From: Planctomycetota bacterium
Lineage (GTDB): Bacteria; Planctomycetota; Planctomycetia; JALXBF01
Direction of reading: 5' to 3'
DNA length: 64,000 nt
NCBI GenBank assembly: GCA_026991575.1
Contig: JALXBF010000105.1
Coordinates: forward strand, 62,001 to 126,000
Part shown: in pieces, positions 41,736 through 51,123 of the stretch
Position numbering within the stretch: position 1 is the stretch's first letter
How the letters are laid out: each line of letters opens with the position of its first letter
Program-made: the position numbers and the translations under genes
Notes under the pieces: model-generated
Seen by the model: only the letters and a program-made list of their open reading frames with translations
Databases searched by the model: none
What the model was told of the DNA's origin: nothing

Positions 41736-43298
41736 TCAGAATTCGACCATGGCCGTGACCACGTGGACGACCAGCGCAGCAAGCGTCGCAAGGAGGACCG
41801 TTCGGGTGACGGCCCCGGTCACCTCGCGCTCGGTCCGCTTGGGCCCGTGTGAGCAGTGGTATGCGATCAATCCGGTCAGCCAACCGCACGTGGCCAGCTT
41901 GAAAGCCGCCCACGTGCTCGCCACCGACCAGCCCCCGTGTTGTGTGGCCAGCTGTTCGTGAATCCAGCGGGACCAGAACAGGGCGCCCAACTCCGGGTAG
42001 CGTCCGCAGAAGGTCAACAGGCTCGCTACCAGAGCGGCCCCGTAGGCAATCGCCCCCATCAAGACGCTGCCCACGGCCAGGACCCACAACAGCGGCGTCA
42101 GCAGGTACCGCTCGGGTGCTGCACCGACCGTGCGCAGCGCGTCGATCTGGCCGGTGTGGCTCTTGACTGCGATGTCCGCCGCAGCGGCCGCGCCACACCG
42201 GGCGGCAATCAGGATCGTCGTGAGCACGGGCACAATGACGCGAAAGAGCGTAAAACCGATGCCGGCAAGCACGTCTTCAACAACAAAAGGCTCGAGCACC
42301 TTGCGATAAGGCAAGTGCTCGAACGTGAAGTGCGTACTCACAAAGCCCGCGATTAGACCCGCGGTCAGGATGTACACGATCGCTCCCTTACCCATCAGCA
42401 GCCGAACGTCATGCCGCAGCAGCGGGATCACCCAGCGGATTCTCACAGGCCAGGCCAGCAACTGCGCGAGGCCCAACACGACGCGTTCGCCGGCCAGACC
42501 GACGGCTGCAATCGGCCAGGCTAACCGCCGCAGCCACGGTGTCGGTTCAACCTCGTCGTCCGCTCCGGCTGTCTCGTCCGCACCGCATTGGACGATCCGC
42601 TCGATCTCGCGGACTAGCTCGTCCCGGTCCTCCGAGGCCATGCGTCTCAATTCACCACGTGCCGAATCGAGCACGTAGACCTCGTCGGCCACCGAGAGGA
42701 ACGATTCGTAATCGTGCGTGACGATGATGGTCGTCGCGCCCGGTTGGCGATCGTGCTGGTCCCGGATAACGCGTGCAACGTCCTTAGCCGTGACCGGATC
42801 CAAGCCGGCGGTCGGTTCGTCGTAAAGGACGATTGGTGCGTGCGCGGCGAGCGCGCGCGCCACGGCGCAACGACGTGCTTCGCCACCGCTCAACGCTGCC
42901 GTCGGCCGGTCCAGCGGCACCCGCAGCTGGGTCAGCAGCTCGGCAGCGTCCGGCCCATGGCTCCCAGAGGCGTGCTCCGCCGCGAACCGGACGTTGTCCA
43001 ACGGGCTGAACTCCAACAGTAACCCCCCTTGCTGCGGAACCAGGACCGCCTGCAGCGGCCCGTCCTGCGCGCTCAACACCTGTCCCTGAACCGTGATGCC
43101 GTCGCGCCGGGTCGGCCCAAGCAGACCAGCCAGGGCGCGCAGCAACAAGGACTTGCCCGCCCCGCTCGGCCCAATCACCACGTGGACCCGGCCACGGCGG
43201 AACTCCAGTGACGTTGGCCGCAGCACCGTTCGGCCACCCGCCCGGATCGTCAGCTCCCGTAGCCGAACGCCACCCTCATTCGCTGCTTCAGATGACAT
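41736..43298 (-). CDS. ABC ATPase fused to MlaE-type permease (MlaF-MlaE fusion)
   Basis: GPSGAGKS, LSGGE, LYDEPTAGLDP, VTHD; C-half has FRVIVPVLTTILIAARCGAAAAADI...GQIDALRTVG, the MlaE signature region. Confidence 0.82.
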   Translation of the reverse strand: MSSEAANEGGVRLRELTIRAGGRTVLRPTSLEFRRGRVHVVIGPSGAGKSLLLRALAGLLGPTRRDGITVQGQVLSAQDGPLQAVLVPQQGGLLLEFSPLDNVRFAAEHASGSHGPDAAELLTQLRVPLDRPTAALSGGEARRCAVARALAAHAPIVLYDEPTAGLDPVTAKDVARVIRDQHDRQPGATTIIVTHDYESFLSVADEVYVLDSARGELRRMASEDRDELVREIERIVQCGADETAGADDEVEPTPWLRRLAWPIAAVGLAGERVVLGLAQLLAWPVRIRWVIPLLRHDVRLLMGKGAIVYILTAGLIAGFVSTHFTFEHLPYRKVLEPFVVEDVLAGIGFTLFRVIVPVLTTILIAARCGAAAAADIAVKSHTGQIDALRTVGAAPERYLLTPLLWVLAVGSVLMGAIAYGAALVASLLTFCGRYPELGALFWSRWIHEQLATQHGGWSVASTWAAFKLATCGWLTGLIAYHCSHGPKRTEREVTGAVTRTVLLATLAALVVHVVTAMVEF

Positions 43299-43324
43299 CC
43301 TCTCGCACCCCCACACGTTCTGCC

Positions 43325-44638
43325 TCAAAACCCTTCGGCAACCGTCGTACTCGTCGCTCCCCGATCACGCTCTTCCACCGGTTCGAGCAAGACGAATCGT
43401 TCGCCATGCCGGACCGCCGTGACTTTCAACACGAACGCGACTGCCGGTCGGATGTGGCCGCGCCGATCGAACAACGCCATCTTCAGCTGGTCCCGAATCG
43501 GCGTGCGGAGTCGCTTGACAAGAGCCATCAGATCCGTCTGAAACGCTGGCGAATTCAACTGCTCGGCCACCACCTGCCGCAGCTGCCTCGAGTGAGCAAC
43601 GTCCAGGCACGCCTCCTCCACAATCGCGCGTAGCCGAGGCAGGAACTCTCCCATTTTCCGCCGGAACACGCGGCCAATGACCTGCTGGAGCCGCCTGTCC
43701 GTTGTTACCGCCCGCGCTATGCCGGCAAACGCCTCCTCCAACTGCCTGACGGTCGCCGGCTCGTCGATCACCCTGCTGACTTCCTTGACCATCGCCGCCA
43801 CCAGGTCCTCGCGGTTTGGCACCCATGTGCCGGCCGCGATCCGTTGGAGCGACTCGAGAAGCTCCTCCCCCCGGATTCGACTGACTGCTCGCCTAAGCAC
43901 GTCCACGAGAACATTACGCACCGATATCTGATTTGCCACCTCCAGCATTACCGGTTCTAGCCGCTCTTGGAGCACGGCCTTTAGCTGTTGCCGCGTGCGC
44001 TCGTCGCGGGCAACCTCCTGTGCGACCGCGGCTGCAAACTCCGCGGCGATAGCCCGCAACTCGTCGGCACGTCTACTTAGACTAGCCTCCAGCGTGGCCA
44101 TCACCACTTCAAGCACCGGCTGCCCGTGCCTGGCCATCAGCGCCGGCAGCTCCCCCCAAGCCTGCTCCGTTACCTGCGACAACCCCTGCTTAAGAGCCGC
44201 CAACACTTCGGGATCCGACAAGAGCCATTCGGACAGCCGGTCTAGCGGTACGAGACCCGCGTAAGCGTACGCGACCAGCTTGCGGTGCCCGGTCACGGAA
44301 CCCGTCGCAAGAATAAGCTCAAGTTGCGAACTGCCTTGGGTATCACCACCGCTGCTCCGAACGCGAACGTAGCCAGCCCACCGGAACGAGCTTCCGTCGC
44401 GGTAGTAGACCGGAGCCCCCTGCCATGCTGACAGCGAAGCGACCGGCGGCGGCTGCCCCCAGACGACCTCGTAGCGACGATCCGTGCCATCCGATAGCCA
44501 GTTCAGCGCACCACGGCCAACTCGGCCCGGCACCTGCCGAACCACACGTCCGGCTGGTACAAACACCACGAAAACTGCCACCAAAGCGATCGTGGCCAGG
44601 CCGAAGATCAGGTGGCGTAGTTCGAACTGCATGGCCAC
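43325..44638 (-). CDS. Membrane-anchored hypothetical protein, possibly divergent MCE/MlaD
   Basis: N-terminal TM; GAPVYYRDG...AGYVRV motif; long helical C-terminus; directly upstream of the MlaF-E fusion. Confidence 0.55.
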   Translation of the reverse strand: MAMQFELRHLIFGLATIALVAVFVVFVPAGRVVRQVPGRVGRGALNWLSDGTDRRYEVVWGQPPPVASLSAWQGAPVYYRDGSSFRWAGYVRVRSSGGDTQGSSQLELILATGSVTGHRKLVAYAYAGLVPLDRLSEWLLSDPEVLAALKQGLSQVTEQAWGELPALMARHGQPVLEVVMATLEASLSRRADELRAIAAEFAAAVAQEVARDERTRQQLKAVLQERLEPVMLEVANQISVRNVLVDVLRRAVSRIRGEELLESLQRIAAGTWVPNREDLVAAMVKEVSRVIDEPATVRQLEEAFAGIARAVTTDRRLQQVIGRVFRRKMGEFLPRLRAIVEEACLDVAHSRQLRQVVAEQLNSPAFQTDLMALVKRLRTPIRDQLKMALFDRRGHIRPAVAFVLKVTAVRHGERFVLLEPVEERDRGATSTTVAEGF

Positions 44639-45644
44639 ATTCCTCTAGATAACGGTTTGCGGTGCCGCCCGCCGCTGGCTCACAGACTCGGCCTCCGCCG
44701 TGCTGTCCGCCAAACGTATTCGTGCGCCGCCGGCACGCTTTGAGCTGAGGCTTGTGGGCGGTTCAAATAACCGCCGGCATCGAATGACCGACCTACCAAC
44801 CACAGCATGGCTGCACGCTAGGAAGCCCCCTTGAAAAACCCTGTGGCACTGCCCGTCCGAGACGCTCACCCACGCTTTCGCCCACAGCTTGCGTGCCTTC
44901 TGCATCGACTCGCGGGCCCTGTTCGGAAGGCAACCCCGCGTGCTGAGGAACATGCTTGCCGGCGGAACACCCCGGCTATGGTAGCAGTTCGGTGAGATCT
45001 CTTGCCGAAGCTTCGCCAGCTCCCCTCGATGCGCGCGACACCGCCTCCAGCACCGAGTTGAACAGCGCCAACAGATTGGATTGCGACAATGCCGCGCGCT
45101 CCCTGCCCGCCGCCCGAAACCGGAGACGGTGGTGGCGACCGCAACCAGATGCCCCCCGGCCCAGCCACGTCCTGCAACTGCACCCCTAGCATCCCCCACA
45201 CACACACCTCGGCCGTCACGCCGCGCGGCCGCTCTGCGCGGTCCTCTGCTGGGTACGCGCCCATGTCGCCGGTGGCTAAGCAAGCCAACTGGCGCAAGAA
45301 CTGCCAGATGGGGCCGACGCGGGACCAAGCACAACACGCTCGCCGCTCGCCTCCGCTCCGGTGCCCGTGCCCATGGACAACGCGCGTACAGTTTAAGCTC
45401 GCCCCAGGACGTCTTCTTGGACTCGAATCCGCGCACTCCTTGGCCGCTCGCTGATGAACCCAGCGCCAGAGCGGCGACGAGGACCGGCGTCGCGCAGACC
45501 AGCAACCGCTGCATAGAGTGGCAGCCTTTGGCACCCGCCCGCATACCCGGGCGGACAGCACCTACGTATGCTGCCGTGGTGCCGACGGTTGCAACGGAGC
45601 TGCTGCAGGCGGAACGCGCCCAGCAACGCTGCGTGCAAGGGACC

Positions 45645-46541
45645 ATGACAGAAGCCGACGGTTTCTTGTTGGTCGACAAACCGAGCCACATAACATCGCG
45701 CCGCGTGGTAGACGCGGCCGAGCGACTCTTTCCCGGCAAGAAGGTCGGTCACTGCGGAACGCTTGATCCGCTGGCCGAGGGCCTGCTGGTAATAGCCGTC
45801 GGTAAAGCATGCCGCCTCACGGAGATCGTCCACGACCATCCGAAGAGTTACTTGGCGACATTCCAGCTTGGGGTGACCAGCGACACGGACGATGTTACCG
45901 CACCGCTCAGGCCGTCGGGCGATCCGAGTCGCATCAGTGAAATGCAGCTTCGAGAAGCAATCCGGAGGCTAACCGGCGAACTGGACCAGGTGCCCCCGGT
46001 CTACTCGGCCCATCGAGTCGCCGGTCGCCGCGCCTACAGGCTTGCCCGGGCAGGCAAGAAGGTCGAACTGAAGCCGAAGCGCGTCACGGTCTACCGGTTT
46101 GAGCTCCTGCGGTGGCAGTCCCCAGAGGCAGACGTCTTCATCGAGTGCAGCCGCGGTACGTACATTCGCTCCCTGGCCCGAGACCTTGGTCGCCTGCTTG
46201 GCTGCGGCGCAGTGATGAAATCGTTGCGGCGAACGGCCATCGGTCCATTCCATCTGGAAGAGGCCATCCGGTACGCGGAACTGGTTGACGCCGACCGCCC
46301 CCCTGAGCTGAAGCCGATGGGACTGGCCGTCGGCCATCTGCCACGCGTCGCGTTACCTGACGAATTGCTTCGCAAGCTCACGCACGGACAGAGGATCACG
46401 TGGCCGGTGGCCGAACTGAGTGAGCTGACCCGAGTGGCCGTCTTTGATCGCGCCGGCTCCCTGGTTGCGATTGCCTGGTACGAGCCGAGTGGGGCCGAGT
46501 TGAGGCCCAGGTTAGTGTTGCGGAGCGGGTTTTCCGACTGA
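45645..46541 (+). CDS. truB: tRNA pseudouridine(55) synthase
   Basis: LVDKP, KVGHCGTLDPLAEG, QVPPVYSA, CSRGTYIRSLARD, LRRTAIG. Confidence 0.95.
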   Translation: MTEADGFLLVDKPSHITSRRVVDAAERLFPGKKVGHCGTLDPLAEGLLVIAVGKACRLTEIVHDHPKSYLATFQLGVTSDTDDVTAPLRPSGDPSRISEMQLREAIRRLTGELDQVPPVYSAHRVAGRRAYRLARAGKKVELKPKRVTVYRFELLRWQSPEADVFIECSRGTYIRSLARDLGRLLGCGAVMKSLRRTAIGPFHLEEAIRYAELVDADRPPELKPMGLAVGHLPRVALPDELLRKLTHGQRITWPVAELSELTRVAVFDRAGSLVAIAWYEPSGAELRPRLVLRSGFSD

Positions 46542-46735
46542 GTCCCAGTGGCAAGCATCTGAGGCATGCACGGCGAGCCGTGGATCTGCCCACATGTCTG
46601 ACACGCTGTGACCGTTGACGCGCCACGGGAATCCAAGACGCTACACTGGAACAGGTACCCCGCTGACCAGCTGTACCTGCTTCCGGCCCAACCGTTGGTC
46701 CCTCCAGTGCGGCGTCGTAGTTACGAGGAGCTGTC

Positions 46736-48163
46736 ATGCACCGCTGGTTGATGGTACTCTTGGGACTGTTGCCAGCCACCGGCTGGGCTAGCGAGCCGGC
46801 GACACGCCCCAACATCCTGTTCATCATGGCCGACGACCACGGTCCATGGGCAGCCGGTCTTGCCGGTGATCCACAGGCAGTAACCCCCGTGCTGGATCAG
46901 CTTGCCCGTGACGGCTGTTACTTCCCCAATGCGTTCTCGGTGACGCCGGTCTGCAGCCCGAGCCGGGCGGAGCTGATGACGAGCCGCTACGGCACGGAGC
47001 TGGGTATCACCGAGTGGTTGCACCCTCGGAAGGACCGAGGCATCGGGCTGGATCCTGCGTTGCCCACGTGGCCGAAGCTGCTGCAGCAAGCAGGCTACCG
47101 AACTGCACTCATCGGCAAGTGGCACCTGGGCTTGGAGGACCAGTACCACCCGTCGCGGCACGGCTACGAGTACTTTATGGGGTTCCGCGGTGGTGGCAAC
47201 CGACCGGTAAACCCGACCCTGGAAAAAGAGGGGGTCGTGCGCCGGTTCGAAGGTTATCTGCCCGAGATCCTGGCCGACGAGGCGATCGCCTTCATGAGCA
47301 GGCACCGTGACGAACCTTTCCTGATCTCGCTTCACTTCCGCGCCCCACACGCACCGTGGCTGCCGGTCCCGGAAGAGGCGTGGCAACCATTCGAAGGGCT
47401 CGATCCCGCATTACCCCATCCCGACTACCCGGGGCTCGATGTAGCGCGGGCGAAGCGGATGATGCGCGAGTATCTGGCCAGCATACGTAGCCTGGATCTG
47501 GCCGTCGGCCGCGTGCTTCGCGCGCTGGATGAACTGGGCCTAGCCCGGAGAACGGTGGTCATCTACACGTCCGACCACGGCTACAACATGGCACACAACG
47601 GCATCTGGCATAAGGGCAACGGTCACTGGTTGCTGCGGACACCCCCTCCGGCAACCAAGAACATCCCTCGCGGCCAACGGCCCAACATGTACGACAACTC
47701 GTTGAAAGTACCGTTCATCGTCCGCTGGCCGGGCAAAGTGGCGGCGGGCTCGAAGGTCACGCAAACCATCACCCATCTGGACGTCTTCCCCACGATGCTC
47801 GCCATCGCCGGTGTTACCCTGCCAAAGGACGTCACCATTCGCGGCCGCAATTTCCTGCCGCTTCTTTTGGGTGAGCAGATCCCGTGGGACAACGACGTCT
47901 ATGCCGAGTACAGCACGCGTCACCAGTCGCGAACACACATGCGATGCTATCGGACGCCTCAGTGGAAGCTGGTGCGCGATTTCCTGAACCCGGACCGGGA
48001 CGAGCTGTATGATCTCGTGCGCGATCCGGAGGAGAAGGTGAACCTGATCCGGTCGACCGATCCCGCCGTGCGTGACGTGATCCGCAGACTGCATGAGAAG
48101 ATCATCGAGCGGATGCGGGCGATCGGTGACCCGGTCCTGCAACGAACCGGGGAGGCCGCCTGA
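46736..48163 (+). CDS. Secreted formylglycine-dependent sulfatase
   Basis: Signal peptide; PNILFIMADD, CSPSRAELMTSRY, GKWHLG, SDHG. Confidence 0.93.
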   Translation: MHRWLMVLLGLLPATGWASEPATRPNILFIMADDHGPWAAGLAGDPQAVTPVLDQLARDGCYFPNAFSVTPVCSPSRAELMTSRYGTELGITEWLHPRKDRGIGLDPALPTWPKLLQQAGYRTALIGKWHLGLEDQYHPSRHGYEYFMGFRGGGNRPVNPTLEKEGVVRRFEGYLPEILADEAIAFMSRHRDEPFLISLHFRAPHAPWLPVPEEAWQPFEGLDPALPHPDYPGLDVARAKRMMREYLASIRSLDLAVGRVLRALDELGLARRTVVIYTSDHGYNMAHNGIWHKGNGHWLLRTPPPATKNIPRGQRPNMYDNSLKVPFIVRWPGKVAAGSKVTQTITHLDVFPTMLAIAGVTLPKDVTIRGRNFLPLLLGEQIPWDNDVYAEYSTRHQSRTHMRCYRTPQWKLVRDFLNPDRDELYDLVRDPEEKVNLIRSTDPAVRDVIRRLHEKIIERMRAIGDPVLQRTGEAA

Positions 48164-48249
48164 AGCGCCGGGGCCGACCAGTGCCTGGGTTTGGCCGTTT
48201 CCTGTCGCGACCCGGAAGGGCGTGTGCCGTCCAGAGTGGGGAGAGTGCC

Positions 48250-49032
48250 ATGAGAAGAGCATACCGGTTCCTGCCCGCGTTCCTTGGCATCGTGGTACTT
48301 GCTGGGGCTCAACAGGCGCCGGAGCCAGGCAAGCAGGTGCCAGGCACATTCGAGCGTGAGATAACGATCCGCGTCCGGCTGCGCTACCTGTTGTACCTAC
48401 CCCCGGAGTACAAAGCGGACGGCAAGCCGTGGCCGCTGTTGGTCTTCTTGCATGGGGCTGGCGAAGTCGGCGACAACCTGGAGCTGGTCAAGAAACACGG
48501 CCCGCCCAAGCTGATCGCCCAGGGCAAGCACTTTCCGTTCATCGTGGTTTCGCCGCAGAGTCCCCAGCGTGGCTGGAATCCTCATGCCGTGGCTGCTCTG
48601 GTGGACGAGATTGTCCGTCGGTACAACGTGGACCGCAGCCGCGTGTACCTGACCGGCCTGAGCATGGGCGGCTTTGGTACATGGCAGACCGCGGCCCTGT
48701 ACCCGGAAAAGTTCGCAGCGATCGCGCCGATTTGTGGCGGCGGTGACCCAAGGTGGGCAAAACGGCTAAAGGAAATCCCAACCTGGGTGTTCCACGGCGC
48801 GAAGGACCGTGTCGTGCCGATCCGATTCTCGCGGGTGATGGTCGACGCGCTAAAGGCAGCTGGCGGTAACGTGAAGTTCACGATCTATCCGGAAGCAGGC
48901 CACGACGCCTGGACGGAAACGTACAAGAACCCCAAGCTGTACGAGTGGTTCTTACGCCATCGCAAGCAAGCCGGCCGTACGAGCAGGTCGGAAGGCCGTG
49001 CCACGCAGGAACGTGGCGGAACGGGCCGCTAG
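48250..49032 (+). CDS. Secreted alpha/beta hydrolase (phospholipase/carboxylesterase or peptidase-like)
   Basis: FLHGAGE, GLSMGG, FHGAKD, GHDAW catalytic triad motifs. Confidence 0.88.
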   Translation: MRRAYRFLPAFLGIVVLAGAQQAPEPGKQVPGTFEREITIRVRLRYLLYLPPEYKADGKPWPLLVFLHGAGEVGDNLELVKKHGPPKLIAQGKHFPFIVVSPQSPQRGWNPHAVAALVDEIVRRYNVDRSRVYLTGLSMGGFGTWQTAALYPEKFAAIAPICGGGDPRWAKRLKEIPTWVFHGAKDRVVPIRFSRVMVDALKAAGGNVKFTIYPEAGHDAWTETYKNPKLYEWFLRHRKQAGRTSRSEGRATQERGGTGR

Positions 49033-49041
49033 TCGATCTGG

Positions 49042-50202
49042 TTAGCGGGCGTCGCGCGGTAGGCGCACGGGCCGTGGGAAACCATGGCCCGTGCTCTGGC
49101 GCGGAGGATTCGCCTCCCAGACCCCCGGAATCTCCTTCTTGCAGTTGTAGCAGCGATTGCCTTCCATGGCATTCAACAGTACGTAAAACCCATAACGCTT
49201 GATGAGTACGACGTCACAGAACGGACAGAACGTGTGCTCCCAATCGCCCACCTGCCCAGGCAAGTTCCCCGCGTACACGAACCACAACCCCTCTTCTTTG
49301 CCGATCTCACAGGCGCGGATCAGCGTTTCCACGGGCGTTCTCGACGTGTACCCGTTTTCCTCGTTCATCTTGTAGTCCGGATGAAACGCCGTCACATGCC
49401 ATGGAATCTCACGGGACACACCGGCGATAAACCGCGCGATGGAGCGCAACTCATCTTCGCTGTCATTGAACCCCGGCACTACCAGCGTAACGATCTCCGT
49501 CCAGAAGCCCATCTCCTTGACCATCTCAATCGTCTTGAGCACGTTCTTCAGCACACCGCCCAGCTGACGGTACTTCTTGTCGTCGAAGCCCTTTAGATCG
49601 ATCTTGTAGATCTCAGCGTGCGGCCGGAGGAATTCCAGCACCTCGCGGGTCGCATTGCCGTTGGAGACATAGCCGCACACGAACCGCCGCCGTTTGCGTG
49701 CCTCCTGGAAGACGGCGACCGCCCATTCACTGGTGATCAGTGGTTCGTTGTACGAGCTGACTACCGCGCCTGCGCCGTACTGGACTGCCAGCTCGGCCAG
49801 CTCCTCGGCCGTGCAGAACCGCGGGGGAGCAATCGCGCGCGGGTCGCGCAGTGCCTGACTGGTCACCCAGTTCTGGCAGTAGGGGCAGTGGTAGTCACAG
49901 CCCAGCATCCCGAACGTGAACGCATCGCGTCCGGGTAGCACATGGAAGAATGGTTTCTTCTCGATCGGATCGCACTGGACCGACGCCACATAGCCCCAGG
50001 GCACCATCAGCGTGCCGTCGCGGTTAAACCGCACACGGCAAATGCCCGAGCGGCCCGGCCGGATCAGGCAGCGATGACCGCAGGCCACGCAGCGGATCGC
50101 TCCGTCCTCGACGTGAGCAAGCTCCGGAGCGGCCGGCTTCGTGTACCGCTCGAGTAGCTCTCGCAGCGTCAGGGCTGGCTGTTGGCCTGTGCTCGCAGAC
50201 AT
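49042..50202 (-). CDS. amrS: AmmeMemoRadiSam system radical SAM enzyme
   Basis: N-terminal CVACGHRC...GICRVR, DPIEKKPFFH, GCDYHCPYCQNW, SYNEP, PWHVTAFHPDY, VYAGN. Confidence 0.9.
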   Translation of the reverse strand: MSASTGQQPALTLRELLERYTKPAAPELAHVEDGAIRCVACGHRCLIRPGRSGICRVRFNRDGTLMVPWGYVASVQCDPIEKKPFFHVLPGRDAFTFGMLGCDYHCPYCQNWVTSQALRDPRAIAPPRFCTAEELAELAVQYGAGAVVSSYNEPLITSEWAVAVFQEARKRRRFVCGYVSNGNATREVLEFLRPHAEIYKIDLKGFDDKKYRQLGGVLKNVLKTIEMVKEMGFWTEIVTLVVPGFNDSEDELRSIARFIAGVSREIPWHVTAFHPDYKMNEENGYTSRTPVETLIRACEIGKEEGLWFVYAGNLPGQVGDWEHTFCPFCDVVLIKRYGFYVLLNAMEGNRCYNCKKEIPGVWEANPPRQSTGHGFPRPVRLPRDAR

Positions 50203-50303
50203 GATCGAGTTCGCTCTCCTGGAGGCTTCCCGGCCGACGCCCTTGATGCCTCTCCTCGCTTGATTATATCGCCAGCGCAGGGGGCCTGAACCGCAACGCA
50301 GTG

Positions 50304-50912
50304 TTAATCGCGGTATAGTCCCTGCTCCTCGATGTAGCACTCCACGGCACGCGGAACCAGGTACCGGATCGATCGCCCTGCCCGTACCCTGCCCCGGATG
50401 TCTGTAGCCGAGATCCCTATGTCCGGTATCTGGATGAACCGCACCCGATCGCGAAGCCGGTCAACGAAGCTCAGCGGACGGCCACGCTCCAGCTCAACCA
50501 CATTGCCCGGACGATTGCACGCGAGAATCTCTGCCAACTCCAGAATCCGTACCGGCTCGCGCCACGTCGGGAAGTCCGCCAGCATGTCAGCGCCCATGAT
50601 CAGCACCAACTGGTCCTCAGGCATCCGCTCACGAAACACCTCCAGCGTCTCCACCGTGTAGCTTGGACCGCTGCGGTCAAGCTCGACCGTCGAGACGTCG
50701 AAAGCGTCGTGACCGGCAATGGCCAACCGGATCATCGCCAGCCGGTGCCGGCCTTCAGCAAGTGGTCGGGCCAGCTTGTGCGGTGGCTGGCCCGCCGGGA
50801 CAAAGAGCACTCGGTCCAACCGCCCCTGCTCGCGACATTGTTCGGCTACGATCAGGTGCCCCAGGTGAACCGGATCGAAGCTTCCGCCGAAGATGCCGAT
50901 TCTGCGCGACAT
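50304..50912 (-). CDS. nadD: Nicotinate-nucleotide adenylyltransferase
   Basis: IGIFGGSFDPVHLGHL, PPHK, SYTVETL, IMGAD, ISATDIR. Confidence 0.95.
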   Translation of the reverse strand: MSRRIGIFGGSFDPVHLGHLIVAEQCREQGRLDRVLFVPAGQPPHKLARPLAEGRHRLAMIRLAIAGHDAFDVSTVELDRSGPSYTVETLEVFRERMPEDQLVLIMGADMLADFPTWREPVRILELAEILACNRPGNVVELERGRPLSFVDRLRDRVRFIQIPDIGISATDIRGRVRAGRSIRYLVPRAVECYIEEQGLYRD

Positions 50913-51123
50913 CCGCGCCAGCCCTCCACCAACAGGCAAGAATCCAACCGGCCCTGCCATCACCAGCAGTCTGAACGCCCATAATACCGGGACGACAGCG
51001 ACAGACGCGATTAGAAGCTGGCGGTGGGGTCGTCGACGTATCGCGTGCGACCCGTCACCGACGGCCAGCGTGCGATCGATCCGCTCGATCGACGCCTTGT
51101 GCACGGCGGGACGCAACGTCAGG

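Noticed and set aside
45415..45440. T-loop-like GGATTCGAGTCC on the minus strand
   Set aside because: No cloverleaf could be built around it; not a tRNA.
45081..45644. 188-aa N-terminal extension of TruB in the ORF track
   Set aside because: Low-complexity Arg/Pro/Ala text; TruB homology starts at MTEADGF (45645).
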